Sequence record: OR525701.1
Strand: one strand, 5' to 3'
Length of the DNA stretch: 64,000 nucleotides
From: Escherichia phage vB-Eco-KMB38
Part shown: positions 13,286 to 23,431 of the stretch, one piece after another
How the letters are laid out: every line of letters starts with the position of its first letter
How positions within the stretch are numbered: the first letter of the stretch is position 1
Translations under genes and position numbers: made by a program
The notes under the pieces: model-generated
Database searches by the model: none
What the model saw: the letters and a program-made list of their open reading frames with translations, nothing else
Told to the model about the DNA's origin: nothing

Positions 13286-14569
13286 ATGAGTAAAATCCAA
13301 AAATTATTGCGTGAATCTACAACGTCTACTAGCAACTCAATTGGTCGCCCAAATCTCGTTGCTTTGACTCGCGCTACGACTAAATTAATATATTCTGACA
13401 TTGTAGCAACACAAAGAACTAATCAACCTGTTGCTGCTTTTTATGGTATCAAATATCTTAACCCAGATAATGAATTCACATTTAAAACTGGTGCTACTTA
13501 TGCGGGTGAAGTTGGATATGTAGACCGAGAAAAAATTACTGAGCTCACAGAAGAATCAAAAGTCACACTAAATAAAGGTGATTTTTTCAAATATAATAAT
13601 ATCGTCTATAAAGTGTTAGAAGATACACCATTTGCAGATATTCAAGAAAGTGATCTAGAATTAGCTCTTCAGATTGCAGTCGTTCATTTAAAGGTACGGT
13701 TATTTTCAGATGCAGCGGTAACAAGCAAATTTGAAAGCTCCGATAGCGAAATTTCTGATGCAAGATTCCAGATTAATAAATGGCAAACTTCAGTCAAATC
13801 TCGTAAACTTAAAACCGGCCTCACGGTTGAATTAGCGCAAGATTTGGAAGCGAATGGATTTGATGCCCCTAACTTCTTAGAAGATTTGCTTGCTACTGAA
13901 ATGGCAGATGAAATTAATAAAGATATTCTTCAGTCTTTAATTACTGTATCGAAACGTTATAAAGTTACTGGAATTACTGACACTGGATTTATTGACTTGA
14001 GCTATGCATCCGCTCCAGAAGCAGGTCGTTCATTATATCGAATGGTGTGTGAAATGGTATCGCACATTCAAAAAGAGACAACTTATACTGCAACGTTTTG
14101 TGTAGCCTCAGCTCGTGCAGCTGCTATTCTTGCTGCTTCCGGTTGGTTAAAACATAAGCCAGAAGATGACAAGTATCTTTCACAAAATGCTTATGGATTC
14201 TTGGCAAATGGATTACCTCTTTACTGCGATACCAACAGCCCGTTAGATTATGTTATTGTGGGTGTTGTGGAAAATCTCGGTGAAAAAGAAATTGTAGGGT
14301 CCATCTTTTATGCTCCATACACTGAAGGAGTAGATTTAGATGACCCGGAACATGTTGGTGCATTTAAAGTTGTAGTTGATCCAGAAAGCTTGCAACCGTC
14401 TATCGGATTATTGGTTAGATATGCTTTATCAGCAAATCCTTACACAGTAGCAAAAGACGAAAAAGAAGCGAGAATAATTGATGGTGGGGACATGGATAAA
14501 ATGGCAGGACGTTCAGACTTGTCTGTTTTATTAGGTGTTAAACTACCAAAAATTATCATTGATGAATGA
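13286..14569 (+). CDS. 24: capsid vertex protein gp24
   Basis: 427 aa; late promoter at 13251-13258; synteny. Confidence 0.93.
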   Translation: MSKIQKLLRESTTSTSNSIGRPNLVALTRATTKLIYSDIVATQRTNQPVAAFYGIKYLNPDNEFTFKTGATYAGEVGYVDREKITELTEESKVTLNKGDFFKYNNIVYKVLEDTPFADIQESDLELALQIAVVHLKVRLFSDAAVTSKFESSDSEISDARFQINKWQTSVKSRKLKTGLTVELAQDLEANGFDAPNFLEDLLATEMADEINKDILQSLITVSKRYKVTGITDTGFIDLSYASAPEAGRSLYRMVCEMVSHIQKETTYTATFCVASARAAAILAASGWLKHKPEDDKYLSQNAYGFLANGLPLYCDTNSPLDYVIVGVVENLGEKEIVGSIFYAPYTEGVDLDDPEHVGAFKVVVDPESLQPSIGLLVRYALSANPYTVAKDEKEARIIDGGDMDKMAGRSDLSVLLGVKLPKIIIDE

Positions 14570-14600
14570 AAAAAAAAAGGGACCTTACGGTCCCTTTTTT
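14569..14600. terminator. bidirectional terminator between gene 24 and rnlB
   Basis: A9-gggaccttacggtccc-T6: hairpin flanked by an A-run and a T-run. Confidence 0.8.
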
Positions 14601-14602
14601 CG

Positions 14603-15601
14603 TTATGATACTAATTCAATCCATGCAGGACGCAGAACATCTTGCACCATTCGGACTAATTCTTTCTTAACAAGATTCGGATTATCAGATGATGCTAATA
14701 CAATACCTTCACGAGAAGTTTCTTCCAGAATATCTTGAACAGTCAGTCCCATCACTTTGCCAAAATCTTTTGGCGTTACAACCCCAATCTTAGAAATCAC
14801 ATTATTAACACGATTTAATGTAACATAACAAGCTAGAACATCAAGCAAGTTTTTGTCAATTTCGGTTAATGGAACCTGAGTTTTAACAGGTTTATCAGAC
14901 TTTTTCTTTTCACTGAATTTAGAGTTCTTGCACTTAATAGCTACACGAGTACCGTTTGGCAGCCATTTAGGGAAACAAGGCTTCAGAACATAACCTTCTG
15001 CAGTATTATTACCAATAACATTAGCATCAAATACACAATTATTTGCTTCGACAAGGTCTTCTGACGCAGTAGCATTATAAGCGGCTAAGACAGAATCAAG
15101 GTCGTTTGGAATCATGATAAGAGCATCAAATGTTCCGCGACCAAGCATCGGGGCCATTTTAAAACCGAATTCATTACAGAAATCTTGCATTTCATAATCG
15201 GTCAAATACGTATTATCACCACTTTCTGTATTGATAAGGATATCGAACACATAAAAATCTTTTTCACCGTAGTCAACACCTTTCTGGATTCCACCACCGG
15301 CGAATTCACCGAATACTTGATACGATACGGCTCGAGCTGTGTACATGAATTCCTGAACAGCTTTAATAGCTTTATCATACTTCTTGAGTACGATTTCATA
15401 ACCATAAAAATCTTCTGCTGGAAGAATAGGGCCTGTGCGCTTGGCGCATGTGACGTTGTCACGTTCAATTATTAACGAGAAGTTGGTCCCATGGATTTTC
15501 TCACGTGCTACCCAAACACCAGTAGTCAAACCATTAGTGTAGAGTTTTTCAATAAACTTAGAGTTGTAGTGGTTTTCAAGACTGCTGTATTTCTTAAACA
15601 T
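14603..15601 (-). CDS. rnlB: RNA ligase 2 (RnlB)
   Basis: 332 aa; N-terminus [13 protein letters not shown]... with ligase lysine motif EKIHGTN; matches T4 Rnl2 as recalled. Confidence 0.92.
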   Translation of the reverse strand: MFKKYSSLENHYNSKFIEKLYTNGLTTGVWVAREKIHGTNFSLIIERDNVTCAKRTGPILPAEDFYGYEIVLKKYDKAIKAVQEFMYTARAVSYQVFGEFAGGGIQKGVDYGEKDFYVFDILINTESGDNTYLTDYEMQDFCNEFGFKMAPMLGRGTFDALIMIPNDLDSVLAAYNATASEDLVEANNCVFDANVIGNNTAEGYVLKPCFPKWLPNGTRVAIKCKNSKFSEKKKSDKPVKTQVPLTEIDKNLLDVLACYVTLNRVNNVISKIGVVTPKDFGKVMGLTVQDILEETSREGIVLASSDNPNLVKKELVRMVQDVLRPAWIELVS

Positions 15602-15692
15602 AAATCACCATTATAAATAATAATATCAAAATAATTAGCAGAGACTCTGTCTCCGACCGGATGTTTAATTTGAATGGATAGAACCTAGATTC

Positions 15693-15718
15693 ATTATACC
15701 ATCAAAAAATGTAAAGCA
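15693..15718 (-). promoter_or_regulatory. middle (MotA-box) promoter for rnlB
   Basis: Minus strand aTGCTTTAc-N12-TATAAT, between the 24.2 stop and the rnlB start. Confidence 0.6.
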
Positions 15719-15720
15719 TA

Positions 15721-15972
15721 TTAGAACTTGATTTCTATCCAATGACCATCACGCTGGTCGTGATTAATTTTATACTGAAAGCCATTATCACGTAACCACT
15801 GACCGACTTGCTCAGTGATAGTTAAATCATTCTTTGACGGGTAGTACGTGAATTGTGTCTGACCTTTGTCAGCAGCTTTCTCTGCCATCACAGAGAAGTT
15901 AGTAATAAAATCACTCAACAAATTAGCTTTAGTGGCCAGAGCCCTTTCTCTTAATTCCTGTGCAAAACTCAT
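15721..15972 (-). CDS. hypothetical protein (24.2-like)
   Basis: 83-aa ORF between rnlB and hoc, translationally coupled to the upstream ORF. Confidence 0.6.
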   Translation of the reverse strand: MSFAQELRERALATKANLLSDFITNFSVMAEKAADKGQTQFTYYPSKNDLTITEQVGQWLRDNGFQYKINHDQRDGHWIEIKF

Positions 15973-16175
15973 TTCTTCACCTTTTTGTTAATCAAACGTT
16001 TACGGTATACAACTTTTTCTTTTGCTTTAAACTTTGACCGAGCTGTCTCGGCTTTAGTCCATAGTAATCCAACTTCTTTAGGTTGTAAACCGATTTTTTG
16101 AGCAATTTCTACGAATGAAAATCCCGCCTCATGTAATGTATAAACTTCAACCTCAGTTCTCATAATCAATCTCAT
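15969..16175 (-). CDS. hypothetical protein with HTH-like segment (24.3-like)
   Basis: 68-aa basic protein; segment FSFVEIAQKIGLQPKEV resembles a helix-turn-helix. Confidence 0.55.
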   Translation of the reverse strand: MRLIMRTEVEVYTLHEAGFSFVEIAQKIGLQPKEVGLLWTKAETARSKFKAKEKVVYRKRLINKKVKK

Positions 16176-16224
16176 GTTATCGAGTTGGTGTCATTATATA
16201 CATCAATCTCAAGTCGTGTTTTTA

Positions 16225-16258
16225 TGCTTTAAAAACGAAGAAAGGGGCCGAAGCCCCT
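16225..16258 (-). terminator. terminator after hoc
   Basis: Minus strand aggggcTTCGgcccct followed by ttcttcgttttt. Confidence 0.65.
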
Positions 16259-16263
16259 TACGA

Positions 16264-17394
16264 TTATGGATATGTATAGATGATACCAGTTTCTAAAGCA
16301 GTTTTATGGATGATATATCCATTACGCGATTCTTGAACATCAACTTCTGGATAATCTTTCATCATCTTCTGGAGAGTGTAACGATGCAGGTAGTATTTAC
16401 TATCTGGGTCGTCAATTTTCCAATCTTTACCTTCTTCAGTCATTTTTTGGATTTCATCCATAACCCACCAACCGCACCAGATGTAAGCTGAAGTACGATG
16501 TGGAAGAGGATGAACATAAGGTAGTTCACCTTCTGGTTCCGGAGCAACTTTATCAGTTACCTGAACTTGACCCGTCGTTTTAACTGTTTTACTATCATAA
16601 TCGGTTGCAGTAACAACTGCAGTAACTTCAATAGTTTGACTTCCAACAGATGAGGTATCAACTGTATACACATTAGTCGATCCTTCTACAGGAGAAGAAT
16701 CTTTCTTCCATGAATAAGTAATTTGTGCCGATTCTGGTGCACCAGTCACATTAGCAGTAAATGTAGCCGAAGCATCTTGTTGAACACTAATAGAAGGAGG
16801 AGTCAATGTAACCTGTGGATTCATTGTCTTCTTATTAACAGTCAGTGATACTTCATTAGAAGTAACTTCTTTTGCATTATAATCATCAGCAGTTACTTGG
16901 GCTACGCATTTAATTCTTTTGACTCCATTTGTAGTTGGAGTATAGTTAAATGTAGAGTTAGTTTCTCCACTAATTTGAGAATCGTCAACATACCATTGAT
17001 ACGTAGCAGATGCACCTGATGGCTGCGAAGCCAAAGCAGCAGTAAATTTAACAGCTGTTCCAATTACTCCTGCTGGAGGACTATTGGGAGTTACGGCTAA
17101 TGTAGTCGTCTGGGTTTTGTTTTTGACTGTAATAGTTGTACTAATTTCAGCTGTTTCAGCTTCACTGTCAGGAACTGGATTTGTTGCAACTACTTTAATA
17201 GTTTTTTGTCCAGCAGGACCCTTTAATACATAACTAAAAGTTGCTGACGTTTCTTCCTGTGGAGCATCGTCTACAGTCCAAGCATATGTAATAGGTCCGT
17301 CTCCAGTTTGACCGCTGGGCGTAGCAGTAAACTGCTTAGTCTGATCTATAACTCCGGTAGGCGTTTTAGGAGTTATATCAACTGTAAAAGCCAT
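16264..17394 (-). CDS. hoc: highly immunogenic outer capsid protein Hoc (Ig-like domains)
   Basis: 376 aa; translation closely matches T4 Hoc as recalled, including C-terminal ...HKTALETGIIYTYP. Confidence 0.93.
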   Translation of the reverse strand: MAFTVDITPKTPTGVIDQTKQFTATPSGQTGDGPITYAWTVDDAPQEETSATFSYVLKGPAGQKTIKVVATNPVPDSEAETAEISTTITVKNKTQTTTLAVTPNSPPAGVIGTAVKFTAALASQPSGASATYQWYVDDSQISGETNSTFNYTPTTNGVKRIKCVAQVTADDYNAKEVTSNEVSLTVNKKTMNPQVTLTPPSISVQQDASATFTANVTGAPESAQITYSWKKDSSPVEGSTNVYTVDTSSVGSQTIEVTAVVTATDYDSKTVKTTGQVQVTDKVAPEPEGELPYVHPLPHRTSAYIWCGWWVMDEIQKMTEEGKDWKIDDPDSKYYLHRYTLQKMMKDYPEVDVQESRNGYIIHKTALETGIIYTYP

Positions 17395-17403
17395 AAGTTA
17401 TCC

Positions 17404-18072
17404 TTATTTTAATGTTACGAAAGAAGAATTACGAGTTTCGCGAATTAGAACTGATCCATCGCGATTAATATAATAAATTAAGCTAAATAATGTTTGGTGT
17501 GCCGACGCATGTTCAAAACTGGTTGGGCGAGATTTCCAATCAGGTGTTTCGGCTATCCATTGATAAATCCACCAAGGAACAGTAACATACCCTGGGCCTT
17601 TGCCTAATTTAATGAGTGTAGGACTAAAATTTTCAGGCAGAACAAATTTTACTTCTTTATTTACTTCTGGCTCAGGCTCTTTTTCAGATTCAACAACCTG
17701 AGTAATTGCTTCTTCAAATTTATCATGGTCGAATTCTATTTCTTGTTCGACAACTTCTAATACTTCAACTTGTTCTGCCGGAGAATCAAACAACAGAATA
17801 GCTTCTTCTTTAACTTCTTCGTTGGTGAAATTAACACCGTCCACATCATCTGCGGCAGTAATTAAATCGGTGATAGATAATCCATCAGTTTCAGGTAATG
17901 GTTCATTAGCCAGTGCGTTAAGAGCTTCTTCGATATCAATAACAATATTATCGAATGATTTTGTTTTCTTAACACTAATACCAAATTGTGCCGCATATTC
18001 AAACAGTTTAGCTTTGGCTTCCTTTTTATCAGAAAGAGCACGTAACTCTTCAATATAGTCTTTATCGATCAT
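17404..18072 (-). CDS. inh: prohead protease inhibitor Inh
   Basis: 222 aa ORF immediately downstream of hoc on the same strand; synteny with T4 inh. Confidence 0.8.
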   Translation of the reverse strand: MIDKDYIEELRALSDKKEAKAKLFEYAAQFGISVKKTKSFDNIVIDIEEALNALANEPLPETDGLSITDLITAADDVDGVNFTNEEVKEEAILLFDSPAEQVEVLEVVEQEIEFDHDKFEEAITQVVESEKEPEPEVNKEVKFVLPENFSPTLIKLGKGPGYVTVPWWIYQWIAETPDWKSRPTSFEHASAHQTLFSLIYYINRDGSVLIRETRNSSFVTLK

Positions 18073-18085
18073 GGTATTTCCTCAT

Positions 18086-18093
18086 TATAAATA
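18086..18093 (+). promoter_or_regulatory. late promoter TATAAATA upstream of the GIY-YIG HEG / uvsW
   Basis: Exact TATAAATA 29 nt upstream of the HEG ATG. Confidence 0.6.
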
Positions 18094-18121
18094 TAACTAT
18101 ATTTATTACATGGAAAAGAGT

Positions 18122-18853
18122 ATGTATCACTTTGTTTATGAGACCGTAAATTTAATTAATGGTAAAAAGTACATTGGCAAACATTCTACAGAAAATTTAA
18201 ATGATTCGTATCTAGGGTCAGGTGTTGCCTTAAATCGCGCTATCAAAAAATACGGAGAAGAATCATTTAAACGTTCAATAATTAAACAATTTGAAACTTC
18301 CGCTGAAGCTTTAGAATACGAAGCTCAGTTAGTAACAGAGGATTTGGTCAAATCTAACGAGTATTATAATATGCGCCAAGGCGGTGAAGGTGGAAGGTAT
18401 AAGTACACCGAAGCTGATAAGACTAAAATGTCTAATAGTGCTAAAGAACGAATAAAGAGGCTTGGTCATAATCTTTTAGGAAAACACAGATCGGAAGAAA
18501 CAAAAAGAAAACTATCTGAAACAAATAAACGTCGATACTCTGAAGACCCAACATGCCACGGGCGGTATGGTACAGGAAAGCCAAAGATTGATAAAATTAA
18601 AGGTCCTAAAAATCCTACAACTCTAAATAAAATTTGTGTTAACAACGGTAAAGAAAACAGATTTATATCAGCCGAGGACCCGATGCCTGAAGGATTTGTA
18701 AAAGGAATGGTCCAACTTAATAGAAAATCTAGAAAGGGCTGTGAAGTAAAACCTACGACCACCGGCAGAATATGGGTAAATAACGGGGCTATAAATAAAT
18801 TAGTAAATCCGTTATCCATCCCAGATGGATATGTTAAAGGCCGTTTAAGGTAA
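18122..18853 (+). mobile_element. free-standing GIY-YIG homing endonuclease (segE-like)
   Basis: N-terminal GIY-YIG-type motif YHFVYETVNLINGKKYIGKH...R...E; C-terminal repeated xNNGxxN DNA-binding motifs; located between inh and uvsW where T4 carries segE; start chosen at the ATG behind AAGAG (track ORF starts at 18071). Confidence 0.8.
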
Positions 18854-18858
18854 TTATT

Positions 18859-20373
18859 ATGACAGATATTAAAGTACATTTTCACGATTTTAGCCATGTA
18901 AGAATTGAATGCGACGAAAGCGTGTTCTATGAATTACGCGACTTTTTTAGCTTTGAAGCCGATGGGTACAAATTCAACCCGCGTTACAAATATGGGAACT
19001 GGGATGGTAGAATTCGACTTTTAGATTACAATCGTTTGTTACCATATGGGCTTGTAGGACAAATAAAAAAGTTCTGTAACAATATGAGTTATTCTGTATG
19101 GATTGACCCTAAAATCTTTGAGACCGAAGACCTTACCAGAGAAGATTTTGGCGCGTGGCTTTCTAAACAAGAAATTTATTCAGGCAACGCCAAAATCGAA
19201 CCACATTGGTATCAAAAAGATGCAGTATACGAAGGACTAGTTAATCGTCGTCGAATTTTAAACCTTCCAACATCGGCAGGTAAATCACTAATCCAAGCAC
19301 TTTTAGCTCGATATTATCTAGAGAACTATGAAGGTAAAATTCTCATTATCGTCCCTACAACAGCATTGACAACCCAGATGGCTAATGATTTTGTTGATTA
19401 TCGCTTGTTTAGTCATTCGATGATTAAGAAAATTGGCGGTGGTGCTGATAAAGCGGACAAATCTAAAAACGACGCTCCAATTATTGTTGGCACATGGCAA
19501 ACGGTAGTTAAGCAGCCTAAAGAATGGTTCTCTCAGTTCGGTATGATGATGAACGATGAATGCCACTTAGCTACAGGCAAAAGTATTTCTTCAATCATCT
19601 CAGGATTAAATAATTGCATGTTTAAATTCGGTTTATCTGGCTCATTAAGAGACGGAAAAGCCAATGTAATGCAGTACGTAGGTATGTTCGGCGAAATCTT
19701 CCGTCCTGTTAGCACATCTAAATTAATGGAAGACGGACAGGTAACTGAGCTTAAGATTAATAGTATTTTCCTTCGTTATCCGGACGAATTCGCCATTAAA
19801 TTAAAAGGTAAAACATACCAAGAAGAAGTTAAAATTATTACCGGACTAAAACGACGTACAAAGTGGATTGCTCAACTTTCAGTCAAATTAGCTAAGAAAG
19901 ACGAGAACGCATTTGTAATGTTTAAACATGTTACACATGGTAAAGAAATATTTGAAGCTATTAAAGAGCTTGGATACGAAAAAGTTTATTACGTATCAGG
20001 TGAAGTTGATACCGAAACACGTAACGCGCTTAAAGTCATGGCAGAAAATGGTAAAGGCATTATTATTGTCGCATCATATGGAGTATTCTCTACTGGTATT
20101 TCAGTCAAGAATCTTCATCATGTTATTTTTGCCCATGGTGTTAAATCAAAAATTATCGTACTTCAAACCGTAGGTCGCGTGCTTCGTAAGCATGGTTCTA
20201 AAGCTGTTGCTACAGTTTGGGATCTCATCGATGACGCAGGTGTAAAACCTAAATCATTAAATACTAAAAAGAAGTATACTCATCTTAATTACTTGTTAAA
20301 ACACGGTATTGATCGTATCCAACGTTACGCTGATGAGAAATTTAACTATGTAATGAAAACAATTAATTTATAA
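18859..20373 (+). CDS. uvsW: UvsW DNA/RNA helicase
   Basis: 504 aa; helicase motifs LPTSAGKS and DECH; synteny. Confidence 0.92.
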   Translation: MTDIKVHFHDFSHVRIECDESVFYELRDFFSFEADGYKFNPRYKYGNWDGRIRLLDYNRLLPYGLVGQIKKFCNNMSYSVWIDPKIFETEDLTREDFGAWLSKQEIYSGNAKIEPHWYQKDAVYEGLVNRRRILNLPTSAGKSLIQALLARYYLENYEGKILIIVPTTALTTQMANDFVDYRLFSHSMIKKIGGGADKADKSKNDAPIIVGTWQTVVKQPKEWFSQFGMMMNDECHLATGKSISSIISGLNNCMFKFGLSGSLRDGKANVMQYVGMFGEIFRPVSTSKLMEDGQVTELKINSIFLRYPDEFAIKLKGKTYQEEVKIITGLKRRTKWIAQLSVKLAKKDENAFVMFKHVTHGKEIFEAIKELGYEKVYYVSGEVDTETRNALKVMAENGKGIIIVASYGVFSTGISVKNLHHVIFAHGVKSKIIVLQTVGRVLRKHGSKAVATVWDLIDDAGVKPKSLNTKKKYTHLNYLLKHGIDRIQRYADEKFNYVMKTINL

Positions 20374-20387
20374 GGGCTTCGGCCCTT
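20372..20387 (+). other. UUCG-tetraloop hairpin between uvsW and uvsW.1
   Basis: aagggcTTCGgccctt immediately before the uvsW.1 RBS; no T-run. Confidence 0.5.
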
Positions 20388-20398
20388 AGGAGATAAAA

Positions 20399-20632
20399 AT
20401 GGTACTTGAATTTAAACAATTTTTATACGAAGCATCTATTGACGAATTCATGGGTAAAATTGCTAGTTGTCATACCTTAGAAGGGCTTGAAGAATTGGAA
20501 GCTTATTATAAGAAACGTATAAAAGAAACGGAATTAAAAGATACAGATGATATTTCTGTCAGGGATGCCTTAGCAGGTAAGCGTGCCGAACTTGAAGGCG
20601 ACGATGATGAGGATGAGGAAGAAGACTTTTAA
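20399..20632 (+). CDS. uvsW.1: UvsW.1 small acidic protein
   Basis: 77 aa with acidic tail, directly after uvsW. Confidence 0.75.
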   Translation: MVLEFKQFLYEASIDEFMGKIASCHTLEGLEELEAYYKKRIKETELKDTDDISVRDALAGKRAELEGDDDEDEEEDF

Positions 20633-20639
20633 TTAAAAA

Positions 20640-20670
20640 AGGCCCGACCTTTTTGGAAGGGCCAAAAACC
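20640..20670 (-). terminator. putative terminator after the uvsY.-2-like ORF
   Basis: Minus strand ggccc...gggcc hairpin followed by TTTTTT; stem is short and loop long. Confidence 0.4.
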
Positions 20671-20688
20671 ATAGGCAAAAAGGTAACA

Positions 20689-20856
20689 CTATAGTAAAAG
20701 TTGGGTTTCGTTCAATTGCTCTTCTGAACTTTCTGAAACCGGCAATTGTTGGACATAATTATAACAAGGGCCAGGATGTGCCGGACCTTTGTCTGTTTCA
20801 ACAACCAATGCAGAATCGATTGGAGTTTTACAGACAACACAAATCTTATCTGACAT
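20689..20856 (-). CDS. hypothetical small Cys-containing protein (uvsY.-2-like)
   Basis: 55-aa ORF below the track threshold; AGGAGG RBS; translation MSDKICVVCKTPIDS...; terminator-like hairpin downstream. Confidence 0.5.
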   Translation of the reverse strand: MSDKICVVCKTPIDSALVVETDKGPAHPGPCYNYVQQLPVSESSEEQLNETQLLL

Positions 20857-20888
20857 GATTGCCTCCTAAGTTGAAATTACATATCTAT

Positions 20889-21113
20889 TTATACCACTCG
20901 CATGCACATATCGATACCCATATCTTTTGTATAAAAATACTCGTCGATGTACCCGGCAAACTTCCCTTTAATATAAAGGACGTCTTCGCCACAAGGATGG
21001 TCTGCCAGGATACGAATATCCTGACGACGTAGACGATACTTTTCCATTAAGAATTTAATTTCAGTTTCAAATTCTTCATCATTATTAAAGGCATCTTCAA
21101 TTGAATAGCGCAT
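20889..21113 (-). CDS. hypothetical protein (uvsY.-1-like)
   Basis: 74 aa; ATG overlaps the uvsY stop. Confidence 0.65.
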   Translation of the reverse strand: MRYSIEDAFNNDEEFETEIKFLMEKYRLRRQDIRILADHPCGEDVLYIKGKFAGYIDEYFYTKDMGIDMCMRVV

Positions 21114-21526
21114 TATTGCCCCGCTTCAAATTCTCGCATATCCTGGATATGTTTAAGTGCAAAACTACGAGACTTAACTGCGTCAAGTGCACCACTACAG
21201 AACTCAAGTAAAATTCCCCAGTATTGTAAAGTAGTCTCTATTTTAAGCACATCTTTATCTGCGGCCAAGACAGTTTTCATTTCAGATTTCTCGTATCGGT
21301 CCATACTGAATTCATCACCATCACCTCGTCCCGAGTAGTAGTCTAATCTTGCTTTTAGAGCAGTTTTCTTCTGAGTCTCTATACGCAACATTTCTTTACG
21401 AATAAATGAGTGCTTACGTAGCCATTTGCTGTATAACTTAACATTATTCGCCGTCTCATATTGCAACTTTGTCGTATCAATAGCTAAGTCTGCGTCTAAC
21501 TCTTCCTGTAAATCTTCCAGCTTCAT
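21113..21526 (-). CDS. uvsY: recombination mediator UvsY
   Basis: 137 aa from internal ATG (MKLEDLQEEL...); matches T4 UvsY as recalled; the track ORF is extended 27 codons upstream through the promoter. Confidence 0.9.
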   Translation of the reverse strand: MKLEDLQEELDADLAIDTTKLQYETANNVKLYSKWLRKHSFIRKEMLRIETQKKTALKARLDYYSGRGDGDEFSMDRYEKSEMKTVLAADKDVLKIETTLQYWGILLEFCSGALDAVKSRSFALKHIQDMREFEAGQ

Positions 21527-21544
21527 AATATTCTCTCTTTTAAC

Positions 21545-21606
21545 TAATAATCTCCCGGCTGTATCGGAAGGACCTAAAACCATTATACATAGGTTGCCTT
21601 GAAGCA
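21545..21606 (-). promoter_or_regulatory. middle (MotA-box) promoter for uvsY
   Basis: Minus strand aaTGCTTCAaggcaacctatgTATAAT upstream of the uvsY ATG at 21526. Confidence 0.6.
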
Positions 21607-22005
21607 TTACACTCTATTGCTTGATGCTAACTGAAGTTTGATCTGTTCGATATCATCAGGGTTATCTACGACCGAAAATCTAATCTCTACTATAACCGTA
21701 TAGTCGTCATATACTGGCGTTACACTTACAGAAAGTTTGTCGATGCGTGGCTCATAGTTACGGACGGCTGCCTGGATATTACGCTCAATCGTATCAGCTG
21801 TAAGCGGTGTCATGTTCTCGAAAAGTTCGTCGACCAAATCGCATCCAAATTCAGGGTCGAAGGGGCGTGAGCCTTTTCTAGTTGTCACTATGCCAAGAAG
21901 ACTATTTTTAATAGAACGAAGTCCTACAGAACGAGCAACGTCCTTGTTCCAATCCATACGCATTTCTGGGTCGATATCTGAATAAAGTTTATTGATATTA
22001 GACAT
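21607..22005 (-). CDS. 25: baseplate wedge protein gp25
   Basis: 132 aa, same as T4 gp25; synteny. Confidence 0.9.
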   Translation of the reverse strand: MSNINKLYSDIDPEMRMDWNKDVARSVGLRSIKNSLLGIVTTRKGSRPFDPEFGCDLVDELFENMTPLTADTIERNIQAAVRNYEPRIDKLSVSVTPVYDDYTVIVEIRFSVVDNPDDIEQIKLQLASSNRV

Positions 22006-22631
22006 TATAATAACTCAAAGAATTCTTTGAGGCCTCGTATTGTGTGAACGTGTGACGCCCCACATTTGGGACATTTAATAGGGGTTGCCAGATAAATTGA
22101 TGGCGATACCAAAAGATTTTTAATATTGATCATGTCATCTTCTGTTATAAGGCCGTAAAGGTCGTTTATTTCTGCTTCAGTTAAATCTTCAACAGGGATG
22201 GACTCTCCATTAACAAAAACAGCCTCAATACATGAAGCAATCATTAATGCGATATTTTTATCATCAAATAATTTAGGTTGACGGAACTTAATTTTAATAC
22301 CGCTGAACGAATACCAGGGATCGGCCTGTTCATCTAATTGAGTGTGCAATAAATTCATATAGACTTGAAATGAATGCCCACAGGAACAATTCCAGGTGTG
22401 TTCTTGATTCACTTCACCTAACGAATGTGCCCACAGATTTACCAACAATAGCTCGGCTTCTTGTTTAGTCAAGTTTTTAGCATTAGAGCAATTAGTGATA
22501 ATATTGTTCACTGCTGATTCAATAGTACCGGTAGCCCGCGCACCTATGAGTCCTAAATATTCTTTTAAAGTAAAGGCTCTACAATTCACTTCTTTATCGC
22601 CTAAACGTACGGTAAACGTATATTTGTACAT
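22005..22631 (-). CDS. 26: baseplate hub protein gp26
   Basis: 208 aa; synteny; late promoter upstream. Confidence 0.88.
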   Translation of the reverse strand: MYKYTFTVRLGDKEVNCRAFTLKEYLGLIGARATGTIESAVNNIITNCSNAKNLTKQEAELLLVNLWAHSLGEVNQEHTWNCSCGHSFQVYMNLLHTQLDEQADPWYSFSGIKIKFRQPKLFDDKNIALMIASCIEAVFVNGESIPVEDLTEAEINDLYGLITEDDMINIKNLLVSPSIYLATPIKCPKCGASHVHTIRGLKEFFELL

Positions 22632-22649
22632 GTTAACTCCTTTATTGTG

Positions 22650-22661
22650 TATTTATAAATA
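22650..22661. promoter_or_regulatory. bidirectional late promoter palindrome TATTTATAAATA (genes 26/25 on minus, gene 51 on plus)
   Basis: The 12-mer contains TATAAATA on both strands, between divergent starts at 22631 and 22679. Confidence 0.7.
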
Positions 22662-22678
22662 ATAGAAAAGGAGTAATT

Positions 22679-23431
22679 ATGGCTAATATAATTCGTTGTA
22701 AATTACCGGATGGTGTTCATCGTTTTAAGCCGTTCACTGTGGCGGATTATAGAGACTTTTTACTAGTTAGAAATGATATCGAACATCGTTCGCCGCAAGA
22801 ACAAAAAGAAATAATTGCCGATTTGATTGATGATTATTTTGGCGAGTACCCTAAAACATGGCAACCATTTATATTCCTGCAAGTTTTTGCAGGCTCTATA
22901 GGCAAAACAAAAGTTCCCGTTATTTTCACTTGCCCTAAATGCTCTAAAGAAAAAACTGCACCATTTGAGATATATCAAAAAGAACTAGTCGAACCTGAAC
23001 TTGATGTTGCTGGTATAAAAATACGTTTTTCTTTCCCTGAAAAGTTTTATGACAATAAAGCATTAATGATAAGTGAAAACATAAAAGAAATATATTATAA
23101 TGATGAATGGTACCCATGGAATGATTTGACTGAAGAGAACCAAATCCAAGTAATAGAAGCAATAGACATTGACTCGCTCGAGAAGGTTATTGCTTCTATG
23201 AATCCTATTAATTTGACCCTTAGATTAGGTTGTTGTGAACGTCATGTTAAAACATATACTGATATCTTAGAGGTTTTTAAATTGTTAGTTAACCCTGATG
23301 AGATTTTTACATTCTATCAGATAAACCATTCACTAGTAAAGAGTCAATACACATTGGATTCTATTATGCAAATGATTCCTGTTGAACGTGGTATTGCTTT
23401 AACATTAGTAGAAAAGGACCATAAAAAATGA
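22679..23431 (+). CDS. 51: baseplate hub assembly catalyst gp51
   Basis: 250 aa; divergent from gene 26 across a shared late-promoter palindrome. Confidence 0.88.
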   Translation: MANIIRCKLPDGVHRFKPFTVADYRDFLLVRNDIEHRSPQEQKEIIADLIDDYFGEYPKTWQPFIFLQVFAGSIGKTKVPVIFTCPKCSKEKTAPFEIYQKELVEPELDVAGIKIRFSFPEKFYDNKALMISENIKEIYYNDEWYPWNDLTEENQIQVIEAIDIDSLEKVIASMNPINLTLRLGCCERHVKTYTDILEVFKLLVNPDEIFTFYQINHSLVKSQYTLDSIMQMIPVERGIALTLVEKDHKK

